NCBI GenBank assembly: GCA_963719085.1
Contig: CAVRAL010000004.1
Location: 384,001-448,000, forward strand
Direction of reading: 5' to 3'
From: a candidate division FCPU426 bacterium
GTDB lineage: Bacteria; Oederibacteriota; Muellerivitia; Muellerivitales; Muellerivitaceae
Length of the DNA stretch: 64,000 bases
This document shows, piece by piece, positions 28,312 to 37,878 of this stretch (positions are counted from its first letter, which is position 1; each line of letters starts with the position of its first letter). The notes under the pieces are model-generated. The model saw only the letters and a program-made list of their open reading frames with translations. It was not told the origin of the DNA and did no database searches. A program made the position numbers and the translations under genes.

Positions 28312-28484
28312 TATTACTAATATCTCCTAAAATTATTCCTAAATGCTTTATTGAATCTTCGCAAATAAATCAGTTTCACCTTCAATCCCCCGCTTAAGCG
28401 ACTTCCCTATTTAACAATAATTTTCATTCCGCCAAGGGATTTCCAATTCCAAAACGTCTATAGTATTGCCCCTCGCCGCTTATT

Positions 28485-29330
28485 TTGAATCAACCGGAGT
28501 TTTACGTGAATTTTCGCCAACTGGGGATCATCGCCTGGGCCTTGACCACCCTTAGCGCGCAGGCATCCCCTGTCGCCACCCAGCCCCACGTTTCGGTGGA
28601 ACTGATCAGCCAAACCTCCACCCTTCAACCGGGACAGCCCGTCACGCTAGGCTTTCACTTTAAGATCGACCATGGCTGGCATCTTTATTGGTCCAACCCG
28701 GGCGACTCAGGCCTGGCGCCCGAATTTATCTGGTCCCTGCCCGAAGGCTTTTCGGCCCAGCCGGTTCTTTGGCCCACTCCCCAGAGGCTGGCCGCGCCCT
28801 CTTTAATGGACTACGGGTACAAAAGTGACGTGCTTTTCATGGTGCCGGTCCAGGTTCCGGCGGACGCCCATCCGGGGGAAATCATCAATTTTTCCGTTTT
28901 GGCCCGCTGGCTGGTTTGTAATGAAATCTGCATTCCGGGCCGGGTCACGCTCAGTTTGAAAATGGTGGTAAAGCCCAAAAATCCGGGACCCTCCAAAAGG
29001 GCCAAGCTTTTCATCGCCGCTGCGAAAACACTGCCCCTGCCCTGGCCGGCTTCCTGGAAAGCCCAAGGCGCCTTGGACGATAAGGCCTTTCATTTATCCG
29101 TGACCACAAGTGAAAAACCTTTGGATGCCTGGTTCTTCCCTTTGAACCCCAATCAAATGGATAACCCCGCTCCCCAGAAATTCCATTTGGCGGCCCATAC
29201 CTTTCACCTGACTTTAAAACGGTCCGATCAGCTCACGACGGACGTCCAAACCCTCGACGGATTGATTGTTTTGAAAACAAAAAACGGGGCCAAAGGTTAT
29301 TCATTGACGATTCCCCTGTCGGCGCAATAA
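28485..29330 (+). CDS. Stand-alone DsbD N-terminal (alpha) domain protein
   Basis: GWHLYWSNPGDSG, WPTP.R, WLVCNEICIPG. Confidence 0.82.
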   Translation: MNQPEFYVNFRQLGIIAWALTTLSAQASPVATQPHVSVELISQTSTLQPGQPVTLGFHFKIDHGWHLYWSNPGDSGLAPEFIWSLPEGFSAQPVLWPTPQRLAAPSLMDYGYKSDVLFMVPVQVPADAHPGEIINFSVLARWLVCNEICIPGRVTLSLKMVVKPKNPGPSKRAKLFIAAAKTLPLPWPASWKAQGALDDKAFHLSVTTSEKPLDAWFFPLNPNQMDNPAPQKFHLAAHTFHLTLKRSDQLTTDVQTLDGLIVLKTKNGAKGYSLTIPLSAQ

Positions 29331-29359
29331 TCTATTTTTAAAAATTGAAGGAGAAGACC

Positions 29360-29986
29360 ATGAAATCATTCCATCCAATCTTGAGGTTCCTGGTTCTGGC
29401 GGCCTTTGCCGTGAGTGGAAGCGCCTTTGCCGCGGCGGTCGGCCAACCCGCGCCCAGCTTCACCACCGTCGACACCAACGGAAAACCGGTGATGCTGGCC
29501 AACCTCAAGGGAAAAACCGTGGTCCTGGAATGGCACAATCCGGATTGCCCCTTCGTTAAAAGCCAGTACCAGGGCAAGATGCAAAAACTGCAAAAAAAAT
29601 GGACTAGCCAAGGCGTCATCTGGCTTTCGATCAATTCTTCCGCTCCCGGCCTGGAAGGATCCGTGGACGCTTCGGAGGCCAACGAGGACGTGAAATCAAA
29701 TCAATCCAACGTGACCGCAACCATTCTGGATCCCACCGGCAAAATCGGCCACGCTTACGGGGCCAAATCAACGCCTCATATGTTCGTGATCAATCCCAAG
29801 GGAATTCTGATTTATAACGGCGCCATCGACAACGCGCCTCTGGAAGACGCGGTGTCGGACAAAACGCAAAGTGGGGCTCCCTATGTCAATTACGTCGATC
29901 AGGCTTTGACCCAATCCCAAGCGGGCCAGAAAGTCACCACGCCTTCCACCGCCCCTTATGGATGCGGCGTGAAATACGTCGACTGA
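29360..29986 (+). CDS. Secreted thioredoxin-like redoxin (AhpC/TSA family)
   Basis: GKTVVLEWHNPDCPFV, YGAKSTPHMFVI, YNGAID, YGCGVKY. Confidence 0.88.
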   Translation: MKSFHPILRFLVLAAFAVSGSAFAAAVGQPAPSFTTVDTNGKPVMLANLKGKTVVLEWHNPDCPFVKSQYQGKMQKLQKKWTSQGVIWLSINSSAPGLEGSVDASEANEDVKSNQSNVTATILDPTGKIGHAYGAKSTPHMFVINPKGILIYNGAIDNAPLEDAVSDKTQSGAPYVNYVDQALTQSQAGQKVTTPSTAPYGCGVKYVD

Positions 29987-30014
29987 CCGTTCCTCTTTAA
30001 CCCGCCAAAAAAAT

Positions 30015-30045
30015 AGGCCCCGGGAAAACCCCATGGGCCTTTTTT
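30015..30045 (+). terminator. Intrinsic terminator
   Basis: AGGCCC...GGGCCT followed by a T-tract. Confidence 0.6.
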
Positions 30046-30149
30046 ATTTCCAAGTCAAAAAGCGCGAACTTACGCTTGAGTTATTTAAATCGAAAGATAA
30101 AATCGGGGAACTATCGGGAAGCCCATCCAGCCGGTTTTCAAGGAATCCT

Positions 30150-30434
30150 ATGCCAAGCTACAAAGTCTCCCACATTAAAGTTCAGGGCGTGGACCTGGTG
30201 ATTGTGTTTGTACCCCATTCTTTTCCGGTCGAGGGACACCGGGCCCAAAATGAGGCCATCTTGGAATTGGAACGAAGGACCAAATTCCTGGGTTGGGCGG
30301 GGAACGTGGTTCCGGTTTGGAAAAACGACAACGGTACCACGGGTTTCATCGCCCCGGAAAGCCAGCACCCCTTCTTTAAAAGCGTGTCGTTTGATTCGCT
30401 CGCCAAAAACATCAACAAAGAATTGTCCTGGTAA
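30150..30434 (+). CDS. Small hypothetical protein
   Basis: ATG 30150 with AAGGA RBS; 94 aa. Confidence 0.65.
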   Translation: MPSYKVSHIKVQGVDLVIVFVPHSFPVEGHRAQNEAILELERRTKFLGWAGNVVPVWKNDNGTTGFIAPESQHPFFKSVSFDSLAKNINKELSW

Positions 30435-30443
30435 TTCCGCGCC

Positions 30444-30992
30444 TTACTTCGCCAATTCGGCGCTGGCGGTGACGCCGCCGCTCCAATCCTGGTTCGGGTC
30501 GTAGGCGTTCAGGCGGCCCAGGTCCTTTTGTTGGCGCGGCTCCACGCGGATCCATCCGTCATCCAAATCCGCATCCATATTCACCAGGGTCGTGGCGCCA
30601 ATGCGCACGTCCACAATCTTGTCCGAACTGTTGAAAACCAGGTAGCTCACGCCGTTGTTGGCGTCGTCCTGCTCAAAAAGAACACCCGGTAAATCGGCCG
30701 AACACCAGGCGGCGTAATTGCGGCCGGCCTTACTGGAAGCCGAGGCCCCCGGCCGCGCGCAAGAAGGCGTGGGAGAACCGGAAGGAGTTAAGGCGGGTGT
30801 CGCTTCAGGTGTCGCGGCCGGATTGCTGACGTCGTCCCCCGGAACCGGGGTCGGCGTGGAATCGGCATTCGATATCACCGTGGCAGTGGACGCGGGGGTT
30901 GGTTCCGGCCCGGTTTGGGCCCAAAGCAAAGGCATTCCGGTTCCCAACGCCAGGGTCAAAATCGCGGTTTGGATTATTTTTTTCTTTCGCAC
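30444..30992 (-). CDS. Secreted hypothetical protein with Thr/Pro-rich linker
   Basis: GTG 30992 with GGAGG RBS; signal peptide; PTP repeats. Confidence 0.65.
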   Translation of the reverse strand: MRKKKIIQTAILTLALGTGMPLLWAQTGPEPTPASTATVISNADSTPTPVPGDDVSNPAATPEATPALTPSGSPTPSCARPGASASSKAGRNYAAWCSADLPGVLFEQDDANNGVSYLVFNSSDKIVDVRIGATTLVNMDADLDDGWIRVEPRQQKDLGRLNAYDPNQDWSGGVTASAELAK

Positions 30993-31070
30993 AGCGCCCT
31001 CCCCGTCTTCCCGTTTCTTTTTCAATTGGCCACCCTCATTTAGACGCTTCCCCCGCCCCAAACCGGACGG

Positions 31071-32963
31071 TCATTCATGGTCATCGTCCTTCGGTGGTAT
31101 TTTGGAAAACCAATAGCCCGAGTAAAAAATCCGGGTCCGCCCTCGATTGTCTTCCGCCCGTAAAGTTCCCCCATCCCCGTAAAAAAGTCCCGGGACGGTG
31201 GCCTCCTGGTCGGAAAGCGGCAAAAGCGCCACCCGGTAATCTTTTTCTTTAAGGTCAAAAGCCGGCAGGGAAACCTTCATCTCCACCGTTAAAAACCCAT
31301 CGCGTTCGGTTAAATGCAGGGTTTGAAACTGAAGCAAGGGCTCTGGGTTTTCTTCCATATAGTCCCCTTCCCGCGCTTTCCAAGCCGCGGGGATCGGCGC
31401 CGCGGATATTTTTTGAAGCGGCAACACAAAAGACAATCCGCCCAAGAGCGCGACTTGTTCGTGGCCGATGACGGCGAAAGAAAGCGGGTATTGGGGCAGG
31501 TCCACCGGGAACAAAAATAAGAAAACCAAATGCGGCACGAAGGTATCCTCGGCCACCGGCAAAAGATCCACCCGGTAACCGGTGAACTCCGCCGATAAGT
31601 GGTTGTCCTGCCGGGAAATGCGGACCAATTGGCCCAGGGCCGAATAGTCCCCGGTATCCTTTTCCAATTCCTCGGTCGGCACGGGCACCAAGGGCGGCAT
31701 GGTGACTTTTGGCTTTTCCAAGTTCATGGGGGCTCCGGTCTTAGCGCGCAGCATCAGTTTCAAGGCCCGGGCCACCGTCTCGCCGGCCAATTTATCCGCC
31801 TCATTGCTGTTGGCTAAAAAAACCACGCCCAATTTTTCTTGCGGCAGCACGGCCACCTGGCTGGTATACCCCGGATATTCCCCGCCCCGCCAAGCCGCGG
31901 CTTTGGCGCCTTCCACCGAAATCCCGCTTAAACGCCAGCCCAACCCGAAAGACTGTCCGAAATCCAAGGGCAATCCTTGAAATTGGGGCTTCCACATTTG
32001 CGCGACGGTTTTACGGCTGAGGGGGGCGGGACCGCCGGAAGTTTTCCCTGCCAATATAAATTGCAGAAACTTGGCCATATCGTTGGCGCTGGAAATCATT
32101 CCAACCGCCGGAACATCCCGGTACCGCGGAACCTCAAAAAGGTTTCCACCGCGGCAACCGGGGGCCAGCGTCCTCGTGGAATCCAAAGCCCCGCCAAAGG
32201 AAGAAGAACTCATCCCCAGAGGCTCAAATACATCTTTTCGCATGGCGTCCGGAAAACTTTCTTTTTTCTCAACCTCGATGACCCGTCCCAAAAGATCGTA
32301 ATCGACGTAAGAGTACTTATAGAGCGTTTGGGGCGGCGCGACCATATAGTCGGACTGGAGCCCCTTCACTAAATCCGACAGACTGGGAGAAGGGTCGCCC
32401 CACATCCCCCGGTAAAAAAAGCCGGGCAGGCCCGAATGCTGGGCCAGTAAAGACCGCAAGGTGATGGGTTTCGTGTTTTTAAACCGGGTATGAATCGAAA
32501 AACCGGGCAAGGCCAAAGGATCTTCCAAACCCACCATATGGGCCTGAACTAGTTTCATCGTTTCCACCGCGGTGAAAAGTTCCGATGTCGCCCCCAAACG
32601 ATAACGTGTGTCTTCCGTGGCCGCTTCATGGGTCACCGGGTCGGCTTGACCAAATCCCTTGGCCCAAACGATTTTTCCCCCATCGACCAGCGCCACGCTG
32701 AATCCCTTAACGTTGTCCTTCCCGACTTTATCCAGCAAATAGGCGTTCAGATTGGAGACGGCCTCCGAATAATCGGCATGGGGATTAACGGTCGGCGTCG
32801 CGGTGACCGTAAAGGTCGCGGTCAGCTGAGGCGTGGGCGGCAAAGTGGGAAGCGCCGTCATCGGAAGCGGGGTTCCGGATGCGGTGGGAGTGACGCCCGC
32901 TGATTGGGCAAAAAGCGGGGCTCCGGGGAAAAACATCAAAAACCAAACGATGTTTTTGTTCAT
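31071..32963 (-). CDS. Serine beta-lactamase-like (AmpC/PBP fold) protein with degenerate catalytic motifs
   Basis: AKGFG.AD, LLAQHSGLP, FEPLGM; SxxK, YxN and HxG positions replaced. Confidence 0.8.
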   Translation of the reverse strand: MNKNIVWFLMFFPGAPLFAQSAGVTPTASGTPLPMTALPTLPPTPQLTATFTVTATPTVNPHADYSEAVSNLNAYLLDKVGKDNVKGFSVALVDGGKIVWAKGFGQADPVTHEAATEDTRYRLGATSELFTAVETMKLVQAHMVGLEDPLALPGFSIHTRFKNTKPITLRSLLAQHSGLPGFFYRGMWGDPSPSLSDLVKGLQSDYMVAPPQTLYKYSYVDYDLLGRVIEVEKKESFPDAMRKDVFEPLGMSSSSFGGALDSTRTLAPGCRGGNLFEVPRYRDVPAVGMISSANDMAKFLQFILAGKTSGGPAPLSRKTVAQMWKPQFQGLPLDFGQSFGLGWRLSGISVEGAKAAAWRGGEYPGYTSQVAVLPQEKLGVVFLANSNEADKLAGETVARALKLMLRAKTGAPMNLEKPKVTMPPLVPVPTEELEKDTGDYSALGQLVRISRQDNHLSAEFTGYRVDLLPVAEDTFVPHLVFLFLFPVDLPQYPLSFAVIGHEQVALLGGLSFVLPLQKISAAPIPAAWKAREGDYMEENPEPLLQFQTLHLTERDGFLTVEMKVSLPAFDLKEKDYRVALLPLSDQEATVPGLFYGDGGTLRAEDNRGRTRIFYSGYWFSKIPPKDDDHE

Positions 32964-33125
32964 TTTAAGGAATCCTGAGACTCGGGATGGAACCAATCAG
33001 GCGCGCTTTTTTCGTCCATGAGCCATTTTAACTTTTTTGAGCGGGAGTTACCTTGAAAATAGATTCTATCTCGAAAACGGGCTTTAGGGAAAAGCCAAAC
33101 GCCAGACCATGATTTCTCGAGTTAT

Positions 33126-34190
33126 TTAAAAATGATAGGTGAGATCCATCGCCAAACGAAGCCCGCTTAAATCCATGACTAATTTCCGCGCGGCCGCTAC
33201 TTGGGCTTGCGTGATCCCAAAATTGGCGTAGTCCGCGCTGTTATTAGGCACAAAATTAATGACATTCAACCCGCTATTGGGATCATTAAACATCATCAAT
33301 GTTCCCGGCACGCCGTTCCGGGCCGACACCACCGCGTCCGTATAGGTTCCGGTAAAGTTTGTCGCGTAGCTGTATTGATAGCCGCCCTTGAACGACAAAG
33401 CCAATCCGCCTCCCAAATCCATCGCCGCGCCCATTTTGAGGGAGGCGTCAAAGGCGGTCGCGTTCCCGGTGTCGCCCGTTTGATCCGTTGACGGAGTATT
33501 TCCCGTGTTTTGCTCGGTTTGAGTCAATTGGGCCGTCATCGGCTGGACGCCGGCTCCCCCTTCCAGGAAAAAACGGGCACCCTCATTAGCTGTCTTAAAA
33601 AAATAAAACCGGGAAAAAACGTTAAGTTCCAAGGAACTTAAGTTCCGTTGCCAATCATGAGAATATTGCGGATGAACGTCGGCCGCGTCAAAAATAAAAG
33701 GCGTGAAGGCCCAATAATCAAAGTTCAATCCCACATCGAGGTTTGACGTCAGGGGATAAAAAGGGGCGACTTCAAAAACCACGGCGTTATCGGGACCCGA
33801 GGCATGGAATCGGTATTGATCGGCGGGATTGCCCGCTTGTAATTGGGCGTAATGAAAATTGAGGTAAGCCTGATTCGAGTTGAAGTCGGCCAAATTGAAA
33901 AAGGCCAATTCGGTGGAGATCCGGGCCCCAAAAATACCCAAAGGAATGGTGCACTCTCCCGAAGGCGCGGGAAGGGTCGGGCTGGCAGTGCTGGTTCCCA
34001 GCGTTGGCTGGGAATCGCTGAAATCCTCCGCCGAGGGGGTGGGTGTGTTCACCAAGCCGGAGGTTAAAGAAGACGGAGTAGGCGCCGAAGCGGGAAGCGT
34101 CATCGGCTCGCCCGCGGGAACCGGCGTTTGGGCTTCCAAAAAAGAAGCGCTAAGCAGAATCGAAATAATTGAAACGATTACCCGGACCAT
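33126..34190 (-). CDS. Putative outer-membrane beta-barrel protein
   Basis: Signal peptide, Pro/Thr linker, amphipathic strands, ends LTYHF. Confidence 0.65.
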   Translation of the reverse strand: MVRVIVSIISILLSASFLEAQTPVPAGEPMTLPASAPTPSSLTSGLVNTPTPSAEDFSDSQPTLGTSTASPTLPAPSGECTIPLGIFGARISTELAFFNLADFNSNQAYLNFHYAQLQAGNPADQYRFHASGPDNAVVFEVAPFYPLTSNLDVGLNFDYWAFTPFIFDAADVHPQYSHDWQRNLSSLELNVFSRFYFFKTANEGARFFLEGGAGVQPMTAQLTQTEQNTGNTPSTDQTGDTGNATAFDASLKMGAAMDLGGGLALSFKGGYQYSYATNFTGTYTDAVVSARNGVPGTLMMFNDPNSGLNVINFVPNNSADYANFGITQAQVAAARKLVMDLSGLRLAMDLTYHF

Positions 34191-34328
34191 GCTTCGATTT
34201 TACCTTTTTTGGCGCCCACGTAACAAAAATGAATTTTTATGATTTAATTTCAGATTTATTGTCGGCTCCTTTAGAATCCACCCATTCCAAAAACTTCTTT
34301 GGGAACCATCATTTAAGGAGACTTTTTC

Positions 34329-35288
34329 ATGAAAAACCATTTCAAATTTTTAACCGCGCTTATTCTGGGTTTGGGCCTCGCCGGCTTCGCGCAGGCGGAT
34401 AATTTGGCCGCAGCCACAGACAGCTTTCAAGTCTCCCCGGCTTCCCAACCTTCGGCTTATGAGTCGGAATTCGCGAAAGTCACCCATAAAAAGCGAGTCG
34501 AAGAAACCCCGGATACGGACCAACCCTCTGGCACCGTTTTTGACGATTCCAAATTCTTCGCCCAAATTTACAGCGGTTATGACTTTTCATCCCTCGGCGA
34601 TTTGGCTTCCGGAACAACCGCCTGGATCAACTACGGCAAATCGCAGGCCGTCGCCACCACCGGCGGCGCGAACGGCAGCGGCGTGTTGGCTGGCGCCCTT
34701 TTCGGCGTTCGGTTGAATCCGACCAATAGCTTATCCCTGGACCTCGGAAGCGTATTTACCTTTTCCAACGGATTTACTTTGACTGGTCCCGGGAACTCAA
34801 TTTCTCAAACCCTGGACCCCCTCCTTTTGAGTGCCTCCATTGACTATACCCTGGATATCGTCAAGAACGCGGGAAGCCACACTTACATCAGTGTCGGTGC
34901 CGGTTGGTATCACGCCTCCGTCAATTATGAACTCGCGGAAAGTTCCCCCGCGAGTGTATTGGGGCAAGGCACTTATACGGGCGACACGATCGGCGGCACA
35001 TTATCTATCGGCGAGGAAGTCGATTTAGGAAATTCTTTTGGGTTGGATTTTTCCGTCCGTGGCCGTTATGCCAGCTTTGGCAGGGTCAGTTCCAATACGG
35101 GCACCTCCTTTTCCGGTGGCGGCACCCCCGATTCCTTGGCCATCAGTTCAACTACGTTCCCCGGTTATAACATTTTGCTTCCGGTCTCAAACGCCGGCAT
35201 TGATGCCAATCCTAGTTTGATACGTTACGCGGTTCTGGATTACACCGGCATCGACGCGAAATTGGGGCTAAGCCTGTATTTTAATTAA
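34329..35288 (+). CDS. Putative outer-membrane beta-barrel protein
   Basis: AAGGAG RBS, signal peptide, YISVGAGWY, ends LGLSLYFN. Confidence 0.7.
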   Translation: MKNHFKFLTALILGLGLAGFAQADNLAAATDSFQVSPASQPSAYESEFAKVTHKKRVEETPDTDQPSGTVFDDSKFFAQIYSGYDFSSLGDLASGTTAWINYGKSQAVATTGGANGSGVLAGALFGVRLNPTNSLSLDLGSVFTFSNGFTLTGPGNSISQTLDPLLLSASIDYTLDIVKNAGSHTYISVGAGWYHASVNYELAESSPASVLGQGTYTGDTIGGTLSIGEEVDLGNSFGLDFSVRGRYASFGRVSSNTGTSFSGGGTPDSLAISSTTFPGYNILLPVSNAGIDANPSLIRYAVLDYTGIDAKLGLSLYFN

Positions 35289-35306
35289 GCGGACGGCCCA
35301 CCCAAC

Positions 35307-35342
35307 AAAAAAGCCGGACTGGAAATCCAGTCCGGCTTTTTT
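35307..35342. terminator. Bidirectional intrinsic terminator
   Basis: AAAAAAGCCGGACTGGA-AA-TCCAGTCCGGCTTTTTT between convergent genes. Confidence 0.88.
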
Positions 35343-35583
35343 GTTTTCAGCGAGCTTCAACACGTAACGATCATAAAGAATCTGAATCACCTGCCCAAAC
35401 CCGGTATTGAGGATTGAAGGGAACGGATCGGGGAACCCGCTCCGAACGTCTCAAAATTCTATGGACTGCCATGATATCAACCGAGTGTCCAATGAACTAA
35501 CAAGGCTGAATCGGCGCCTCTCGAACCAGCCGGTTTTTCTAAATCGAATATGGAGAAAAAATCATTCGTGAAATCAGAGGATT

Positions 35584-37794
35584 TTATTTAGGCTTTAAGG
35601 ATCCATGAGCATGGGCGGGGATTTCCAAAGCCCCCGCCGGTATGATTTCAAACCGGTCAGCGCCCGGTCTTTTCCAAAGCAAATGAAAAAGGGCCACGCC
35701 GCCCTGGGTCTTGTTGAATTCCACCCGCAAGGGATGGTCGCCCGCGCGTAAATAATCGTCGGAAGATTCTTGATTCCCGGATTCCAAAATATTTTTCCCA
35801 TCCAAAACAAGCCGGCTTTGATCCGTCGCGAGGATCAAAAATTGGTACAGACCTGTTTTTTTCACCCTCAATCGCCCGGTCCATTGAATGGTCAAGGGCG
35901 GCGTCACCGCGACCGGAAAATCATTCCAAAGGGCGAAATTCAAAACCGGGTCCACTTGGGTGTAAAGTCCGGCCGAAGATCGGTACTCCCCTAAAAGCCC
36001 TTGTCCCGAATCCCGGTACTGGCGGGCCAACTTGAATCCGGGCCCCAAAGCGGAGGCCGGAACCTCATAGACATAAACCCTCACGATGCCGTCCCCATCC
36101 CGAAAATCCTGGACCGCCCCCCCGGGATAGAGTTCTTGCAACAACTCCAAAAGACCGGTTTGGGCCCGATCCAAAACAAACCAAGCCCCCCGGGCCGCGG
36201 GAAGCGCGGGCGGCCACGGGCCCGCCGGCCAAGGCATGGGCTTTATTTGTTGGGCCTGGAAATAATCCAGAAACCGAATCGTGTAATTGCCGTAAAAATG
36301 GGGAGTCAGGTAATAATCGTTTTTCCCCCCATCGGATCGGATTAAGTCCGCGACCCCGGTTTCTTTCAGGTCGGAGGCCCACTGAAAATCAGCCGACGGT
36401 GCCATGTCGCTGAAATAAATTTTCCCGTTTTGAAAAGCGATCCAACCCAGCGTCAGCGCCAATAAAACCCACCGGCCCCGGCGCGCCAGGGACCCGGGAT
36501 TCCGGGAGAGGACCCGGCCCGTTTCCAGAAGCCCCGTGGCCGCCAAAAAAGCCACGAAGGGCAAAGCCCCAAACGAGCGGGCCGCGTGACCGGGATTAAC
36601 CGTCAAGGTCGCCGGCAGGCACATCAGCGCGGCCCCGATTAAACCGTAAAAATACTTTCGTTCCCGCCAGTGATATAAGGCGAATCCAAAACCCAAAACC
36701 AACAGCATGCCGGAAGCGTCGTCCAACATCCGGTGGCCCGGTAAATTATGCAGGAGCCAGCCATCGCCCCGATGATTGAACATCAAGGCCGACCGCAAAG
36801 GATTTTCCAAAACGAGCCGCCATTGCTGATGGGTTCGGGCCTCCTCGAAAATGGACAAATGATCGGACGGAGTGCCGAATCCCCCCATACGGGACACGTG
36901 CCGTAACATCGACACGGAACAAGCCAGAAAAAAAAGCAGGCACAGCGCCAAGGTCGGAACCGCCCGGACTAGGCCGGGCCGCCTGTCCCATGCCTCGAAA
37001 AGGAAGATTAAAAATAAAACGATCAACAGGGGTTTGAAGGAGTCATAGGTGTAAAACCCAATGGTTAAAAAGAGGGTTGAAAGAAGCCAAGCCCATTTTT
37101 TACCCGACACCAAAGCGTAGTAACCAAAGCCCAAACAGCCAAACATAAAAAAATGGACGTCCATCACGGGATGGGCCATCCGGGCCAAGGTAAAATCCCA
37201 GCGCATGGGGGCGATCAAAGCCAAGGTTAAAAGGGCGGTTGGCGCTCCGGCGAGTTGACGGAAAAACCAATAAATGAAAAATAATGAGACCAATGAAAGC
37301 AAAGCCGAATAAAGAAAAAGATGATATGGGGTGGGAGAAAAAAAACGAAACCAAGCGGCCAATTCATAATAAATCGGGGCCGGAAACATAAAATGATCTT
37401 GGGAATCATTGATGAGCGGAAGCCATCCCTCATGCAATATCCGAAGGGCGCCCCATCCCTCATTTCCCGCGTCCGGGTTCAGCCCCGCGGGAATGGAGGC
37501 CAGCTTGACCAATCGAAAAAGGGCGGCTTCCAGCAAAAGGGCTGAACCGCCCAGCCATTCCCATCGGCTTGAAACCGAGAAAAAATATTCCGGCGGCCGT
37601 TTTTCTTGAGCCGCCTTGATGAAAAAAAGAACCGCGGCCAAATCCGATAAACAACCTAGGGCCAAATATCCCCAAGCGCCCTGTTGAACCAGCAGTAATT
37701 GGCCCACCCCGACAAAAAAGAATGAAAACCCTAAATACACCAGGGATCGGGAATTTGAGGCCGGGATTGAGCTTGATGAAATGGGGGCTGACAT
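35584..37794 (-). CDS. GT-C fold membrane glycosyltransferase (GT39/ArnT-like) with C-terminal PA14 domain
   Basis: RL..L..IP.GL..D, many TM helices; C-terminal QVDP.LNF, WTGRL....G.YQF, TDQSRL.LDG. Confidence 0.78.
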   Translation of the reverse strand: MSAPISSSSIPASNSRSLVYLGFSFFFVGVGQLLLVQQGAWGYLALGCLSDLAAVLFFIKAAQEKRPPEYFFSVSSRWEWLGGSALLLEAALFRLVKLASIPAGLNPDAGNEGWGALRILHEGWLPLINDSQDHFMFPAPIYYELAAWFRFFSPTPYHLFLYSALLSLVSLFFIYWFFRQLAGAPTALLTLALIAPMRWDFTLARMAHPVMDVHFFMFGCLGFGYYALVSGKKWAWLLSTLFLTIGFYTYDSFKPLLIVLFLIFLFEAWDRRPGLVRAVPTLALCLLFFLACSVSMLRHVSRMGGFGTPSDHLSIFEEARTHQQWRLVLENPLRSALMFNHRGDGWLLHNLPGHRMLDDASGMLLVLGFGFALYHWRERKYFYGLIGAALMCLPATLTVNPGHAARSFGALPFVAFLAATGLLETGRVLSRNPGSLARRGRWVLLALTLGWIAFQNGKIYFSDMAPSADFQWASDLKETGVADLIRSDGGKNDYYLTPHFYGNYTIRFLDYFQAQQIKPMPWPAGPWPPALPAARGAWFVLDRAQTGLLELLQELYPGGAVQDFRDGDGIVRVYVYEVPASALGPGFKLARQYRDSGQGLLGEYRSSAGLYTQVDPVLNFALWNDFPVAVTPPLTIQWTGRLRVKKTGLYQFLILATDQSRLVLDGKNILESGNQESSDDYLRAGDHPLRVEFNKTQGGVALFHLLWKRPGADRFEIIPAGALEIPAHAHGSLKPK

Positions 37795-37878
37795 TCGGGG
37801 TTAAAAGCCTTTCGGATAATGCCAGTTGGAAACTTGAATCGGTTCATCAAAACCGGGCGGCGCCGGTTCTTTCGGCGC

